Below, piece after piece: positions 40,531 to 53,490 of a stretch of DNA of 64,000 nt (the first letter of the stretch is position 1; each line of letters begins with the position of its first letter). The stretch is taken from the NCBI GenBank assembly GCA_951406725.2, contig OX597824.1:64666001-64730000 (forward strand), written 5' to 3'. The notes under the pieces are model-generated. The model was not told the origin of the DNA. It searched no databases and worked only from the letters and a program-made list of their open reading frames with translations. The stretch comes from Octopus vulgaris. Taxonomy: Eukaryota. The position numbers and the translations under genes are program-made.

Positions 40531-41434
40531 TATAATCTGCTTGTATGCATTTCCAAGTTGTTACTGTGGTCGTAGTGGCTGAAATGGGAAAATGTGACAT
40601 TTATATGGAAGAATATAGTCTTGTCAATATTGGCCACAGAAGTAAATACTATTGGGACCAAATAGCGTGTTTGTTTTATGTGTGTCATATGCGTGTAGGA
40701 GTATGTGTATGTGTATCTGAGTGTGCGTTTAAGTGGTGTGTATATGCGTTTCAGTGAATATCTGTGTCTGAGTGTGTGTGTACGCACGTTTGTGTGTGAG
40801 TGTGAGTGTATGTGTGCGCGCACACGGCGTGTATTTGTGAGCACACGCATGTAAGTGTGTATGTGTGTTGAGTGTATGTTAGTGTGCGTTAGTTTGTGCT
40901 TGACTAAACATTAGCATGCATAAGCGAAGGTTTGCACGTGTGTGTGTGTGTGCGTGTGTGTGTGTGTGTGTGTATGTTTGTGTGTGTGTGTTTACGTGCG
41001 TATGACCTATTTTCTGTCTCTTCCTTGACCCTTGTGATGGTGAGGCACATATCAACGCGTCACGTGTGTCTTCGTGTCTGCCAGACGTTCTGTATGAGCA
41101 TTTTCTTTTTTATAACTGTAATGGATCTCCGTCGTTCTCAGAGGTGAGCATGCAGTTGTTCAATCAATTGAACTAAGATCTCACTGAATAAGTGTGTAAG
41201 TGTCTGAGTATTCCACAAACGCCCGTGTACCGTTAACGCAATCTTGAAGCAGAATCAACGTGATAGTGTGTGATAAGGAGCGTGATAAAAGTGAATGCAC
41301 AAATATACCATTGCATTGTATAATGATGAACATACAAGCACGTACGCGTAATGCCTTGTAAACTGAAATTAATACTAGATAAATTTGTGAAACGGCCGCA
41401 ATCCTATGGAAATCGCTTGATTAAGTACGGATGT

Positions 41435-41673
41435 CTTTTATCTTTTACTTGTTTCAGGCATGACACTGCGGCTATATTGGGGCACTGGCTTAAATTCATT
41501 TTAGTCGAATGAATCCACCTCAGTACTTATTCTTTAAGCCTGGTTCTAATTCTATCGGCTTCTTTTGCCTAACCGCTAAGTTACGGGGATGCAAAAGCAG
41601 CAGCACCGGTTGTAAGCGGTGGTGTGGGACAAACAGACAGAAAGACACTCACATATAGATACACACAAACACA

Positions 41674-41717
<44 letters not shown>

Positions 41718-41805
41718 CGACAGGCTTCTTTCAGTTTCCGCTTGCCAAGTCCACTCACAAGGCTTTGGTCGACCTGAAGTTATAGTAGAAGACACCTGCC
41801 AAGGC
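41435..41805 (-). mobile_element. SINE family A variant, head truncated
   Basis: Tail and CORE-like segment are recognisable. Confidence 0.85.
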
Positions 41806-42161
41806 GTTAATCGATTTAAAACCCTTATTGGGTTCTCATCGGCGGTGTCTACATCAATTTTACCAATCCTAGAAAAACTAGCAGCCAATCTGTTTATATA
41901 CCCTGCAAATCCAGTACAGAAAACTGGGGCTATTAACTTGCATACCGTAACTGCTTAAGATTTTATTTAATATCAGGAGCCTGTCAATGAGGATCAGTCC
42001 ATACAGTGTCAGAGTATGATATAATATGTATATATAACTTATACAATATATATTATATATATATAACGTATACAGTATATGTATGTATATATATATATAC
42101 ATATACAGATACACACACATACGTACATACATACACACACACACACACATACACACACATA

Positions 42162-42630
42162 GTAGCAGTTTGTCTTGGCGTCGCCCGGGACTAAGTTAGG
42201 ATTATTAAGCTAATCAAGTGCTTAACTAAGTTAAACCGACGTCAAATTTGAGTGAAATCCATCGAAATTGGTAAACGTTTGGCTGAAAATGGGTTGCAGA
42301 CAATTTGATTGGGAAATCCCATAAGGAAGCGTTTTATCGATTTTTCCATCATCGATTGTTTTTTTTTTTTATTTTTGGAGAACTTAAAGCATTCAAAGAT
42401 CCTATGAGTTCTAAGTAACGCCGGCATCAAGTTTGAACAAAATACGTCAAAACTGGTAAAAGTTATGGTTGAAAATGGAGTGTAGCCAATTTTAGTGGGA
42501 AATCCTATAAGAAATCGCTTTATCGATCCTGATTGAATGAAAAACCCCATAAGGAATCAATTTGCTGATTTTTCACCCCAAGTAGGACTTAACCGAACAC
42601 AACATTGCTGATTCAAAAAATCTATATCTA
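42162..42630 (-). mobile_element. 3' part of a Helitron-like element with an internal duplication of about 100 bp
   Basis: The minus strand ends CCCGGGCGACGCC..ACTGCTAC|T, like 51161-51188; 42243-42340 resembles 42427-42527. Confidence 0.6.
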
Positions 42631-42632
42631 TA

Positions 42633-43172
42633 TTGTGTAGGCAACTAAGTTCCCACCGTTTTTTAAAATTTAAATTTTTAAAAGGTTTAATAAAAAATAA
42701 CACCTAATTAATCAATAATGTATTCACTCTTCTTGTTTACAAATTCTTCCCAACGTTCAACGAGATTTTCAATACCTCGTTGGTAGAAATCAACCGATTT
42801 CGACTCGAAAAATTGATCCAACCAACCTCTCAATTCTGCATCAGTATTGAACGAAACTCCGCGCATAGCATTTGAAAGAGATCGAAAGAGGTGGAAATCC
42901 GTTGGTGTCAAATCAGGAGAGTACGGCGGGTGTGGCAACACTTCCCAGCCATGCGTTTGAAGGGCTTCCTTGGTCATTTTGGCGATATGAGGGCGGGTGT
43001 TGTCGTGCAGCAGAAGAACTCCATGCTGACGATTAGGTCTTTGCTCTTGAATAGCCGTGTTGAGTCGTTCCATCTGTTGAACATAGAGTTCCGCGTTGAC
43101 CGTTTGGTTCCGTTCAAGCAATTCGTAATAGATAATCCCTTCCCAGTCCCACTATACGCACAACATCGTTTC
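42633..43172 (-). pseudogene. Mariner transposase C-terminal half plus 3' TIR
   Basis: MLCV*WDWEGIIYYELL, LHDNTRPH, HPPYSPDLTPTDFHLFRSL (D34D); TA followed by the TIR-like TTGTGTAGGCAACTAAGTTCCC at 42631. Confidence 0.93.
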
Positions 43173-43364
43173 TAGGGCGTCAAACGAATACACCAACTTG
43201 TTATTCCCTCACCTATCTTTCTCTTGTTTTCTGTACATTTGAACCATAAACACACACACATACACACCCATGTATGCATGTATGTATGTATGTATGTATG
43301 TATGTATGTATGTATGTATGTATGTATGTATGTATGTATGTATATAAATGTAAATGTGTGTGTG

Positions 43365-43407
<43 letters not shown>

Positions 43408-44481
43408 AATGGGTGATAACATACTATTTTATGCGTGGAATTGGTAGTCACCACAATATGCAGTTAAATCAACTACTTATCGACCATTTGAAACAACTGT
43501 AAAGAAATGATTTGATTGCCTCATGAAAATTGTATACGTAACTTTTCAGATGTAGACACACCTTACGTCTGCTATTGTGCATCTGTCAATCTATTATATG
43601 TGTGTATGTGTTTGTGTTTGTGTGTGTGTGTGTGTGTCTGTCACAGAACCTTCTCAAAACTAGACACCAATATCTAAGCGTTATCTAAGCTTGATAAGAC
43701 TAAGAAGAAAAGCAACTAATATAAATGTAATCTTCACGAACGATGGATCTACAAACACTTTCCACTTTACTTTACAATGAAGGACAACTGAGAATAACGA
43801 GACTAAAATTCAAAAATAAACAAATAAGCATAACAAATATGCGTTCCCACGATCAGCTGCCAAACGGCTATCACTATGCTTTCGATACTTGGGCAGCACC
43901 ATTCAATCTGGCGGTACCAACAACATTAAAGACATAAACGCAGCCTCAGAATCAAGAGTGATCAGAGACAGAGAGAGAGGGAGCTAGGGATGGTGGATGA
44001 GAGATAGGGAGCTAGGGATGGTGGATGAGAGATAGGGAGGGACAAAGCGTAGGAGGAAGGAAGAGAGGGAGAAAGAGATAGAGAGAGACAGTGAGACATA
44101 TATGATATCAAAAATTGACAGTCCTCTCTAAAAGTTGCACCCCGGTCTGGACATGAACAGCCCAATCTGGCGCAAAAATTGGAGTAGACTGTTTGTCAAC
44201 TTTTGATATAATAAAAATATTATTATTCACTCTTCACTGTATTGATTTTTTTATCAGTGATTACACCAAGTAAAATATAATTTAATACACTTTATAATTC
44301 TTATAGCATAAGATACACACACACTCATACACTCACACTCTCACACGCACACTCACACACACACACCACCACCACCATCACCACCGCCATACCACCATAC
44401 ACATATCTTGATAGATAGACAGAGAGAGAGAGCCAGACAGCCAGACACACAGATAAAGATAGATTGATACACAGACAGACT

Positions 44482-44552
<71 letters not shown>

Positions 44553-44591
44553 GCACAAACAAATTATATATGTATGTTCTTATATATATTT

Positions 44592-44928
44592 AGCTTCATA
44601 ACTGGCACTCCGCCTGTCACGACGACGAAGGTTCTAGTTGATCCGATCAACGGAACAATCCGCTCGTGAAATTAACGTGCAAGTGGCTGAGTACTCCACA
44701 GACATGCGTACCTTTAACGCAGTTCTGAGAGAGATTGAGCGTGACAGAGAATAGGACAAGACTGACCCTTTTAAATACAGGTACTACTCATTTTCGCCAG
44801 CTGAGTGGACTGGAGCAGCGTGAAATAGTTGTCATGCTCAAGGACACAACACTCCGCCGGAGATCAAGCTCATGACCTAACGACCTTGCCAAGAACCGAA
44901 TACCTCAACCACTAAGCCACGCATCTTC
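44592..44928 (-). mobile_element. CORE-like SINE, family C2
   Basis: Minus strand TGGCTTAGTGGTTGAGG head, then TGTGTCCTTGAGCA..TTTCACGCTGCTCCAGTCCACTCAGCTG shared with the 57.9-kb SINE, but with a different tail. A diverged tail fragment lies at about 41145-41280. Confidence 0.8.
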
Positions 44929-45287
44929 TATCTTCATAAATAACTCTTACCTGTATGCATTTCTACATTACAAGCTGACTCTACGTTGTTCAGCAGGCTA
45001 GCAATTAATTATTTTGCATTGTGCCAACGGCGTTGCAATATAGCATTCGGCGGTCACTTTATTCTATTTGAATTGCAAAGAAAAGGTTTCATAATGGAGG
45101 GAATCCTTTTATCGCTCGCTGTTTCAATTCAATGTAGTATTTTTTTCTTTCACTTAATAACGAAAACAGAAAGAGAAAATCTTACACATTCAACACTTAA
45201 GATGCCCGATTCTCAACAAATAGTTTTTTCCACTTATGTTGAGCATCTTCTATGTGTACTTATATATTTATTATATACATACATACA

Positions 45288-45328
<41 letters not shown>

Positions 45329-45436
45329 CATAAATAATATATAAATATATGCATATATACATACATATACATACTTACATATATATGTATATATACATGC
45401 ATATATAGGTACAGGACATCATACACACACACACAC

Positions 45437-45483
<47 letters not shown>

Positions 45484-45710
45484 AACATACATACACATAC
45501 ATATACACATGTATACATATGTGTGTCTTTGTATGTGTGTGCGTGCACGATTGTAGTGACACACAGATAGAGCAACTATCTTCAAGAGCAAATGCTATAT
45601 TGCATTCTCAGTGTTGAGTTTACATTATTGTGAGTCTATGTGTGTATGTGTGTTTGCTGGACATAACTAATTTATACGTATTTCACAAAAGGTAAGAAGA
45701 GAGTGTGTAT

Positions 45711-45736
45711 GACGTTTCGAACGAGGTCTTCATCAG
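45711..45736 (-). ncRNA. Minimal hammerhead-like core
   Basis: CTGATGA-AGACCTCGTTC-GAAACGTC; no stem I pairing found. Confidence 0.45.
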
Positions 45737-45837
45737 AAAGAGGAAAGCAGAAAGGTGCGGAAAGAAGGAGAAAATACTCCAAGAAAAGTGTGTGTGCGGT
45801 TATATAACTGATGTGTGTGGTTACATGGCTATATATA

Positions 45838-46007
45838 TATTTCTTTACTACCCACAAGGGGATCAACATAGAGGGGACAAACAAGGACAGACAAAGGGAT
45901 TAAGTCGATTACATCGACTCCAGTGCGAAACTGGTACTTTATTTATCGACCCCGAAAGGACGAAAGGCAAAGTCGACCTCGGCGGAATTTGAACTCAGAA
46001 CGTAACG
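45838..46007 (-). mobile_element. SINE family B, 5'-truncated, TSD of about 15 bp
   Basis: ACATGGCTATATATA is present on both flanks. Confidence 0.9.
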
Positions 46008-46022
46008 ACATGGCTATATATA

Positions 46023-46410
46023 GACGCAGGTATGGCTGTGGGATTAAGAAGCTCCTGGTTTCGGGTTCAGTTCATACTGCACGGCACCTTAGACAAGTTT
46101 CTTCAAGTATAGATCCAGGTCGACTAATACTCTCCAGACGGATATTGTAGAAGCTCGTCGAATATATGTATGTGTGTGTTTTTATGCGTGCGGGTGTGCG
46201 CGCTCGTGTCATTGTGTTTGTATTTTCTCTCACCACTGCTTGGTGACCAGCTTTTATTTACGTCCCCGTAATGTAGGTGTTCGGAGAAAAAACCCGTAGA
46301 ATAAGAACCAGACTTTGAAAAAAAACTACTGGCGTCGATTTGTTCAGCTAAAGCATTTATGGCGGTGCGTAAGAATGCCCGTAGTCTAATGGCTGAAACA
46401 AGTAATAGAT
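46023..46410 (+). mobile_element. SINE family A, diverged
   Basis: Head, CORE-like segment and tail are recognisable. Confidence 0.8.
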
Positions 46411-46415
46411 GAAAG

Positions 46416-46568
<153 letters not shown>

Positions 46569-46839
46569 TAAGCAGTTGGCTCTACCCGAGTCGTTAAGGC
46601 CTCGAGTAGATTGCATTTTGGCGATCGTACCCTTCACTTTTTTTCGTATCTGTTTTTGTCTTCCTTTTCGGTAGAAATCGACTATGGTCACATCTGGAGA
46701 GGGCTGGGTTATAGAATTGTCCAAGACACGCTGTATATCAGGACGGCGCCCTTCGGTTCCATCAAGTAATTAAGGGCTTATGACATGCATGACACATATT
46801 CTTTAACAAGCTCAGTGGCTAATCGCGACACTTGCGCTT

Positions 46840-46990
46840 GAGATCGACTTTGTCTTTCATCCTTTCGGAGTCGATAAATTAAGTACCAGTTACGCACTTG
46901 GGTCGATGTAATCGACTTAATCCGTTTGTCTGTCCTTGTTTGTCCCCTCTATGTTTAGCCCCTTGTGGGCAATAAAGAAATAAGAAATAA
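46840..46990 (+). mobile_element. SINE family B, 5'-truncated
   Basis: Nin-like segment and full tail. Confidence 0.88.
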
Positions 46991-47283
46991 GTACTGTTAA
47001 TCTATATATATCACTGGCGTTGAGATGAGTCGCTGCTATTTCTAGCAGTCGAGCGTCCATCATTGACAAGACAAAGGAAAGTAGAAATCATGTGTTTTGG
47101 TAATTTCGAAGCGGGAAGTAGCAGGGATCCATCTCCCTGCTAGTGATATAAACAAGAAAGCCAATATGAGAGGTTCTCTCAGTATAGTTTTTTCTAACAG
47201 AACATACACGTTTAAGTGGGGATAAATATTATCTTTCGGTATCAATACAACATTTGTGCGTGCACACACGCGTGTGCTTGTGC

Positions 47284-47338
<55 letters not shown>

Positions 47339-47632
47339 TGTGTGTGTGTGTGTGCTTCTCCGTCTATTTTCTACCTATTCCACCTCTTTTTCTTCTCTCT
47401 ATTCCACAATGTTTAGTTCAGCCACGCCATTTTCTTCCATAAAGCCATGAAGAAAAATGAGACTAGCAAACAATAAAACGTGACTTCTATCTTTTACAAT
47501 ATTTATTGGTTATAGATACAACAAATACAACATTCGGTTATTTAAAGTTTCGATGGACAGTCCTCCCACGGTGCCGTCTACAGCAGAGAATACTTCTATA
47601 CCTCTCATGTAGTTTGATACATACATACATGC

Positions 47633-47663
<31 letters not shown>

Positions 47664-47857
47664 CATACATACATACATACATACATACATACATACATAC
47701 GTACATACGTACATAGTACGTACATGCATGCGTATGTACTTACGTATGTATGTATGAATGTATGTAAGCATGTATGTATGTATGTATGTATGTATGTATG
47801 TATGTATGTATGTATGTATGTATGTATGTTTGTATGTATGTTTGTATGTATGTATTG

Positions 47858-48730
47858 TCGTTCATTTCAATGAACTCTAGTGTTCACAAGGCTTCGATTT
47901 TATCCAAAACCACCTTCCTTCTATATACCAATGATCTACTTGCCGCCTCATCCCAAAACGCTGACGTTTATCCAGATGACATGACCTTTCATTGTTCTCT
48001 AACTTTATTCCTGTCATGCACTAACCGCGTTCAGACTAGCTACCACAGGCTGAACATATATTGACTTCATAAACACAGATCTTGAGACCATCCTCCTATG
48101 GTCCATGTCAAGTTTCTCTCTTTCAACAGTAAAAAGCTCACAGCAAGCAGTACTCACGAGTAGCACTCAACTAGAGGCTTCACAATCACTCCAAATGCTG
48201 GGTCTTACTGTCACCTAGGAGCTCTATGGCGAAAGCAAATCCTTAGCATAGGATTCCGAACACTAACTCCTTTTTTTGCTATATTTTATCCCCCAACAGC
48301 TGCTGAGACTTTACAAGACTCATGTGAGGCCCACGGTTGAGTACTTCACCCGAATTTCGAATGGTACTGCTAGTATACACAGACATCCTGGATAACATCC
48401 AGAGGGTCTACTCAATTGGTTGGCATTCAATCACTAATAAATTCTGAACCGCGGATGTGCTGTCTCCTCTCTATCTTTTCTGTTACTAATATAATGGCGG
48501 TTTTCATATTTCCACCGGTCGTGCATCTCTTATCCACACGCTTCTCTTTTTCTTGTCACTCTTGTTGTGTCTACCTTCTCTTGTCTCGTACTATCCACTA
48601 TACATTCAATATTTTTTCCTCTGGAACATCCTCCTTAGTCCTTAGACTAGACTAAGAATATCCTCCTTAGACTTTCTTTCAGGTGTTAACTTACATTTTA
48701 AACGGAACATCAACAGCAGCAATTTCGCTC
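47858..48730 (+). pseudogene. CR1/Jockey-like LINE RT relic
   Basis: MNSSVHKASILSKTTFLLYTNDL..YPDD resembles SGVPQGSVLSP.LFLLYINDL..YADD; further on is LLRLYKTHVRPTVEY. Confidence 0.75.
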
Positions 48731-49173
48731 ATCTCGGAAAGTCAGCAAAGGTCTAATATTTAACGCCTTCATCCAAGCATAAGAAGTAAAAAAAAAAGAA
48801 AGCAGAAAAAAAACAACATAAGAATGTGCTCATGTTCAAACGAATGTTTCTTTAACAAATAGTAATTACGACAGAATCTATGGAATCTAGAAAAATATTT
48901 TTATATATAAAGTAAATAACTTTTTATCAATCCGAAAATCTTCGCACTAACTCTAGAGTAGCTTTTCAACCAAAACCTACATGATGTTTGTGTGCTTAGC
49001 TGACATTTAGACCGTGTATTTCAAATCTATCAAACTAACACAATGAGATCGTATCGATCTATTTAATCTTTTATTTCTTTTATACTCTAGTCTCAATAAA
49101 AATAGAACAATGCCCTTGCAATTACAGAGACTCGCATATAGATGGGATTATTGATATGGCTGATACTCAGTCT

Positions 49174-49358
49174 GATTATCTGAAGGACAATGTCTGCAAG
49201 ATTATGAGAAGAACAATGTCAATAAGATTATCTCAATGACAATATCTGTAAGATTATCATCTGGAAGACAATGTCAGCAAGGTTTCCCCTAGGATAATGT
49301 CTGCAAGATTATCTGAAGGATAATGTCTGCAAGATTATCTGAAGGATAATGCCTGAAA
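49174..49358. repeat. 26-bp minisatellite, about 7 diverged units
   Basis: Unit GATTATCTGAAGGATAATGTCTGCAA. Confidence 0.9.
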
Positions 49359-50743
49359 AATAAACGAATACTAACTATGTTTAAAATCTCTCCTAAAGAC
49401 ACACACGGGCCTATAATAGTAGTGCTAAATACTAATTAGTAGCCAAAGGGCGTATTTAATTAATCATCATTGACAGGTTATAGTTTCATAATTCCCTTGC
49501 TTATGTACCTTCTGCTCTAACAGATCAAAGATACTGCCGCTGCTGTTGTTATTGTTATTGCTGTTGTTGACATTACTGCATAACCATTGTCAGCACTTTT
49601 TGAATAAAATCACTACACGTAGAACTATAGCTTGTTGGTAGAAAGAAGAATAACTACAACAGGCCTAAGTGGAACTTAGTAAAAGTTGATATCTTCTTTA
49701 AACCTTTACTCATGCCTAGAACTGAAGAGACACAAAGATGTCGAAACACAGGTGTTTCAAAACCACCTTATATCACTGAATAGAGAGTGTTATCAACACA
49801 CATCGTCTGAAGGAAATAGGTGTTCTCCTGTTATATATATAACAGCGATTAACATAGGTTCAGATCTGCCGAAATGCTGGGAATGTATATTCACACGATT
49901 ACTTCCATAAACCATTTTACTCTTAAACAGGATTCTCTACGATGATAATGTTACTGAATGTCATTTGCTGTTGATAAATAAATATAAGGAACGACGTTAT
50001 CAAGACATTGTCATATGAGAGAGCTTGCATTTCTAAGGTGATGATCTACTGTATTCATCTCCTCATTATTTCCGCTGTCACCAAGAACTTTTGTTAACAC
50101 TTGGAATCCAGGCCCCTTACAGTGTCTTCTAGCCAGGTTCTGATCCTCTCCATCTCCTTTATTTCTCTCCTTTTTCCCTATGTGAGTATACGTGTGTTTG
50201 GGTAGAGTAAATATAAGAAACAAAACTCAATATATGTTTTACATTTCACAATTGACAGAGAGTCACAAGAATGACTCTAGAGTCGAAAGTTCATGCATTG
50301 CATTTATCTATGCGCGCGCGTGTGCATGTTTACAAATGTATGTATACACACACACAGCTAGTGGAGTAACCCTCGTGTTGAGTAATTATTACATCTGAGG
50401 TTCTGTTCGCTAGGAAATATATATATATAACCTGGATTTTATCTGCTCCATTCCCTCAGTTTGGATTTTTATTCGCATTCATAGCAACCCTAGATGCTAA
50501 CCGTAAACTATAAAAAAAGTTCAGCTTTTCGAAATTCGATACGGGAAAAGCCTACAACCTTCTACGCCAATAAACTATTGTTCCTGAAAGTTGTTTTTTA
50601 GATCTACCACGGACTGCTCGAATCTTACTAACTTCTTACACCTAGACCCTTGGATATCTATACACTTTAAACACACACACATACACACACATATACATAC
50701 ATACGACGAGTATCTTTCAGGTTTTGGTCGGTCCCAGGTTTTA

Positions 50744-51188
50744 TCTATACATATAAAGCTGAAGTTGTCTGTGTGTGTGTGTGTGGCAGGTTTAGTAGCC
50801 TTCAACTAACACTGTCTCCAGCGAGACCCTGTGGCGCAAGTTGACCAAAATTGAGAGTATGATAGAAGAAGGCTTGCTCTTCATTCCGTAGAAGAACATA
50901 TTCACATCAGACCATGTTAACACCAACATTTATTTACATCAAAAAGGTGCTTTTTTCTATGAAAATCCCTACTTTATACGGATTTTTTGACTGCTGTGTC
51001 GCCATTTTTCGGTGTGTTTCAACCAGAAAAATGTTCACTTAAAGAGAATAACAAGCTACATAATGCAAAAGTTTTACTTTTCAAAAAAGATTGAAACTAT
51101 GTCAAAACTTTGTTAACGTGACATCAAAGTCTGCCGTTTCAAGCTCTACTAAAAAACAAACCCGAGCAACGCCGAGCTATACTGCTAG
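50744..51188 (+). mobile_element. Complete non-autonomous Helitron (445 bp)
   Basis: 5' end A|TCTATACATATAAA, subterminal GC-rich CCCGAGCAACGCCGAG, 3' end CTAG|T, no TSD. Confidence 0.88.
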
Positions 51189-51190
51189 TG

Positions 51191-51269
<79 letters not shown>

Positions 51270-51344
51270 ATGTATGTATGTATGTATGTATGTATGTATG
51301 TATGTGTGTATGTATGTATGTATGTATGTATGTATGTATGTACG

Positions 51345-51518
51345 TGCTTGTGTATGTCTGTGCTTGTCTCCCACCACCGCTTGACAACTGATAGAATAAG
51401 TACCAGGCTTAGAAATGAGTACTGGGGTCGATTCATTTTACTAAAAATTGTTCAAGGCGGTGCCCCAGCATGGCTATAGACTAATGCCTGAAACAAGTAA
51501 AATAATAAAAGAATAAAA
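51345..51518 (+). mobile_element. SINE family A variant, 3' half
   Basis: Tail motifs present. Confidence 0.8.
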
Positions 51519-51522
51519 TATA

Positions 51523-51567
<45 letters not shown>

Positions 51568-51588
51568 GCGTATGTCTTTGTATATATG

Positions 51589-51624
<36 letters not shown>

Positions 51625-51681
51625 CATATATATATATATATTATATACGCGCGCTCGTACACACGCACGCACGTGCACACA

Positions 51682-51743
<62 letters not shown>

Positions 51744-51878
51744 CTAATTACATTGACTGTCTCAGCAGTATCTACATGGCGGTTGCTCACTGCCGTTCTA
51801 ACATCAACAGGTTGTCTTTATCTGATTTGAAATTTTTCAAGCGATGAATATCTGGAAGTCATACATAGTCTCTCTCTC

Positions 51879-51943
<65 letters not shown>

Positions 51944-52142
51944 CCATATCTATCTGCCTCTCTCTCTCGCTCTCTCTTTTTCACTCTCTCTCTCTCTCAT
52001 TATATATCTCGCCGACATTGACACATTGTGCTTATCTGATAGAAGAAAGAGAGGGAGAGAGAGAGAAAAAAGTAAAAGCAAGAAATACTACTACTACTGC
52101 TGCTGCTAATAATAATAATAACAAAAAAGCAAAAACAAGAAA

Positions 52143-52239
<97 letters not shown>

Positions 52240-53084
52240 CAACGAAAAGCATAAACGAAGAAACACCTTAAACCTCAGTAACTATTTCTGTGTTCTTCTC
52301 TTAACACATTTAAAAAGCTTATCTTACGTTATCTGGCAAAACAAATTCGCGCTAAATATACATGCTATCGAGAGAAAAATGTTGTATATATTCAAGATAA
52401 CCTTGCAAGAAAAGCAGTGGAACATATTTTTTTTTCTTTCTTTATAAATGCTAATTGAAAAATGGTAAGGTTTTATTGCTAATGCTGTTGTGACCTTGCT
52501 TCAAGTAGACTCTAATCAAACAGATTTGTAATCATATGCAATCCAGACTAACCCATTCTGTCTGTTTTTTTTTTGTTTGGTTGTTTGCTTTTTGTTTTCA
52601 ATTTTTTAAAAATATTTTTTTTATTTTATCGTAGTTCATCTAGACTCAATAATACTTTCTATTTCAAGACTGCAAAGTAATCTGAGGTGGGGTTAATTAT
52701 TATTTCTAGCGGTGTCAGCGACCAAATCGAGTTTCCCTCGATGGTCAGAGAAATGCAGTCCATCATTACCATCATCATCATCATCTCGTCATCGTGTTTG
52801 TCGTCATCATCGTTGTCGTCGTCGTCATCATCATCGTCGCCGTTGTCGTCTTCCACCTCCTTGTTATCATCATCTTCTTCGCCTCTTTCTTCTTCCTCTT
52901 CTTCTTGTTCCCCCTCTTTTTCTCCTCCTCCTTCTTTCCCACAATCTCTTCCGTTCCACAAAGGAATAGTCCTCAAATTAAGTAATTTGGAGCATAAAGT
53001 ACTGGTCAAATCTCCATCAATTGCATCTTATCCGACGTGCTAATGATTCTGGCTGTTCACTGCCTTATTAATAACAATTGTTTG

Positions 53085-53490
53085 GTATTTTGGTACAACG
53101 CCAGCAATTTTAGGGGAAGTGAATAATTAATATCATCCACCCAAAGTGCTCAGCTGGTACTTATTTTTTATCGATCCTGAAAGAATGAAAAGCAACGTCG
53201 ACCTCAGCGAAATTGAACTCAAAAAGTAATGAATCAGAAGAAATACCACTAAGCAGTTGTCCGACCTACTAACGATTCTGCCAGCTCGCCGTTTCAATAA
53301 ATCTTTCTACTATAGGCAGAAGGCCTGAAATTTTGGGGAAGGGGACTAATACTGGATGACGCTTATTTTATTGACCCCCCCCACCAAAAAAAAAATTAAA
53401 GGCAAAGACTACCTCAGCGGAATTTGAACTCAGAACGTAGAGCCGCAGCTATATACCACAATGCATTTTGTCCGACGCTCTAATAACGTT
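53085..53490 (-). mobile_element. Two adjacent diverged SINE family B variants
   Basis: Two ACCTCAGCG(G/A)AATT(T)GAACTC segments, each with its own tail. Confidence 0.75.

Noticed and set aside
42708-43121. Domesticated or intact transposase (SETMAR-like)
   Set aside because: It is 5'-truncated, has a stop just upstream in the same frame and still carries a TIR.
43975-44040. Short local duplications (30 bp here; also near 8660, 17745, 31300 and 37365)
   Set aside because: Ordinary slippage duplications.
49174-49358. CRISPR-like array
   Set aside because: The units are contiguous with no unique spacers, there are no cas genes, and the context is eukaryotic.
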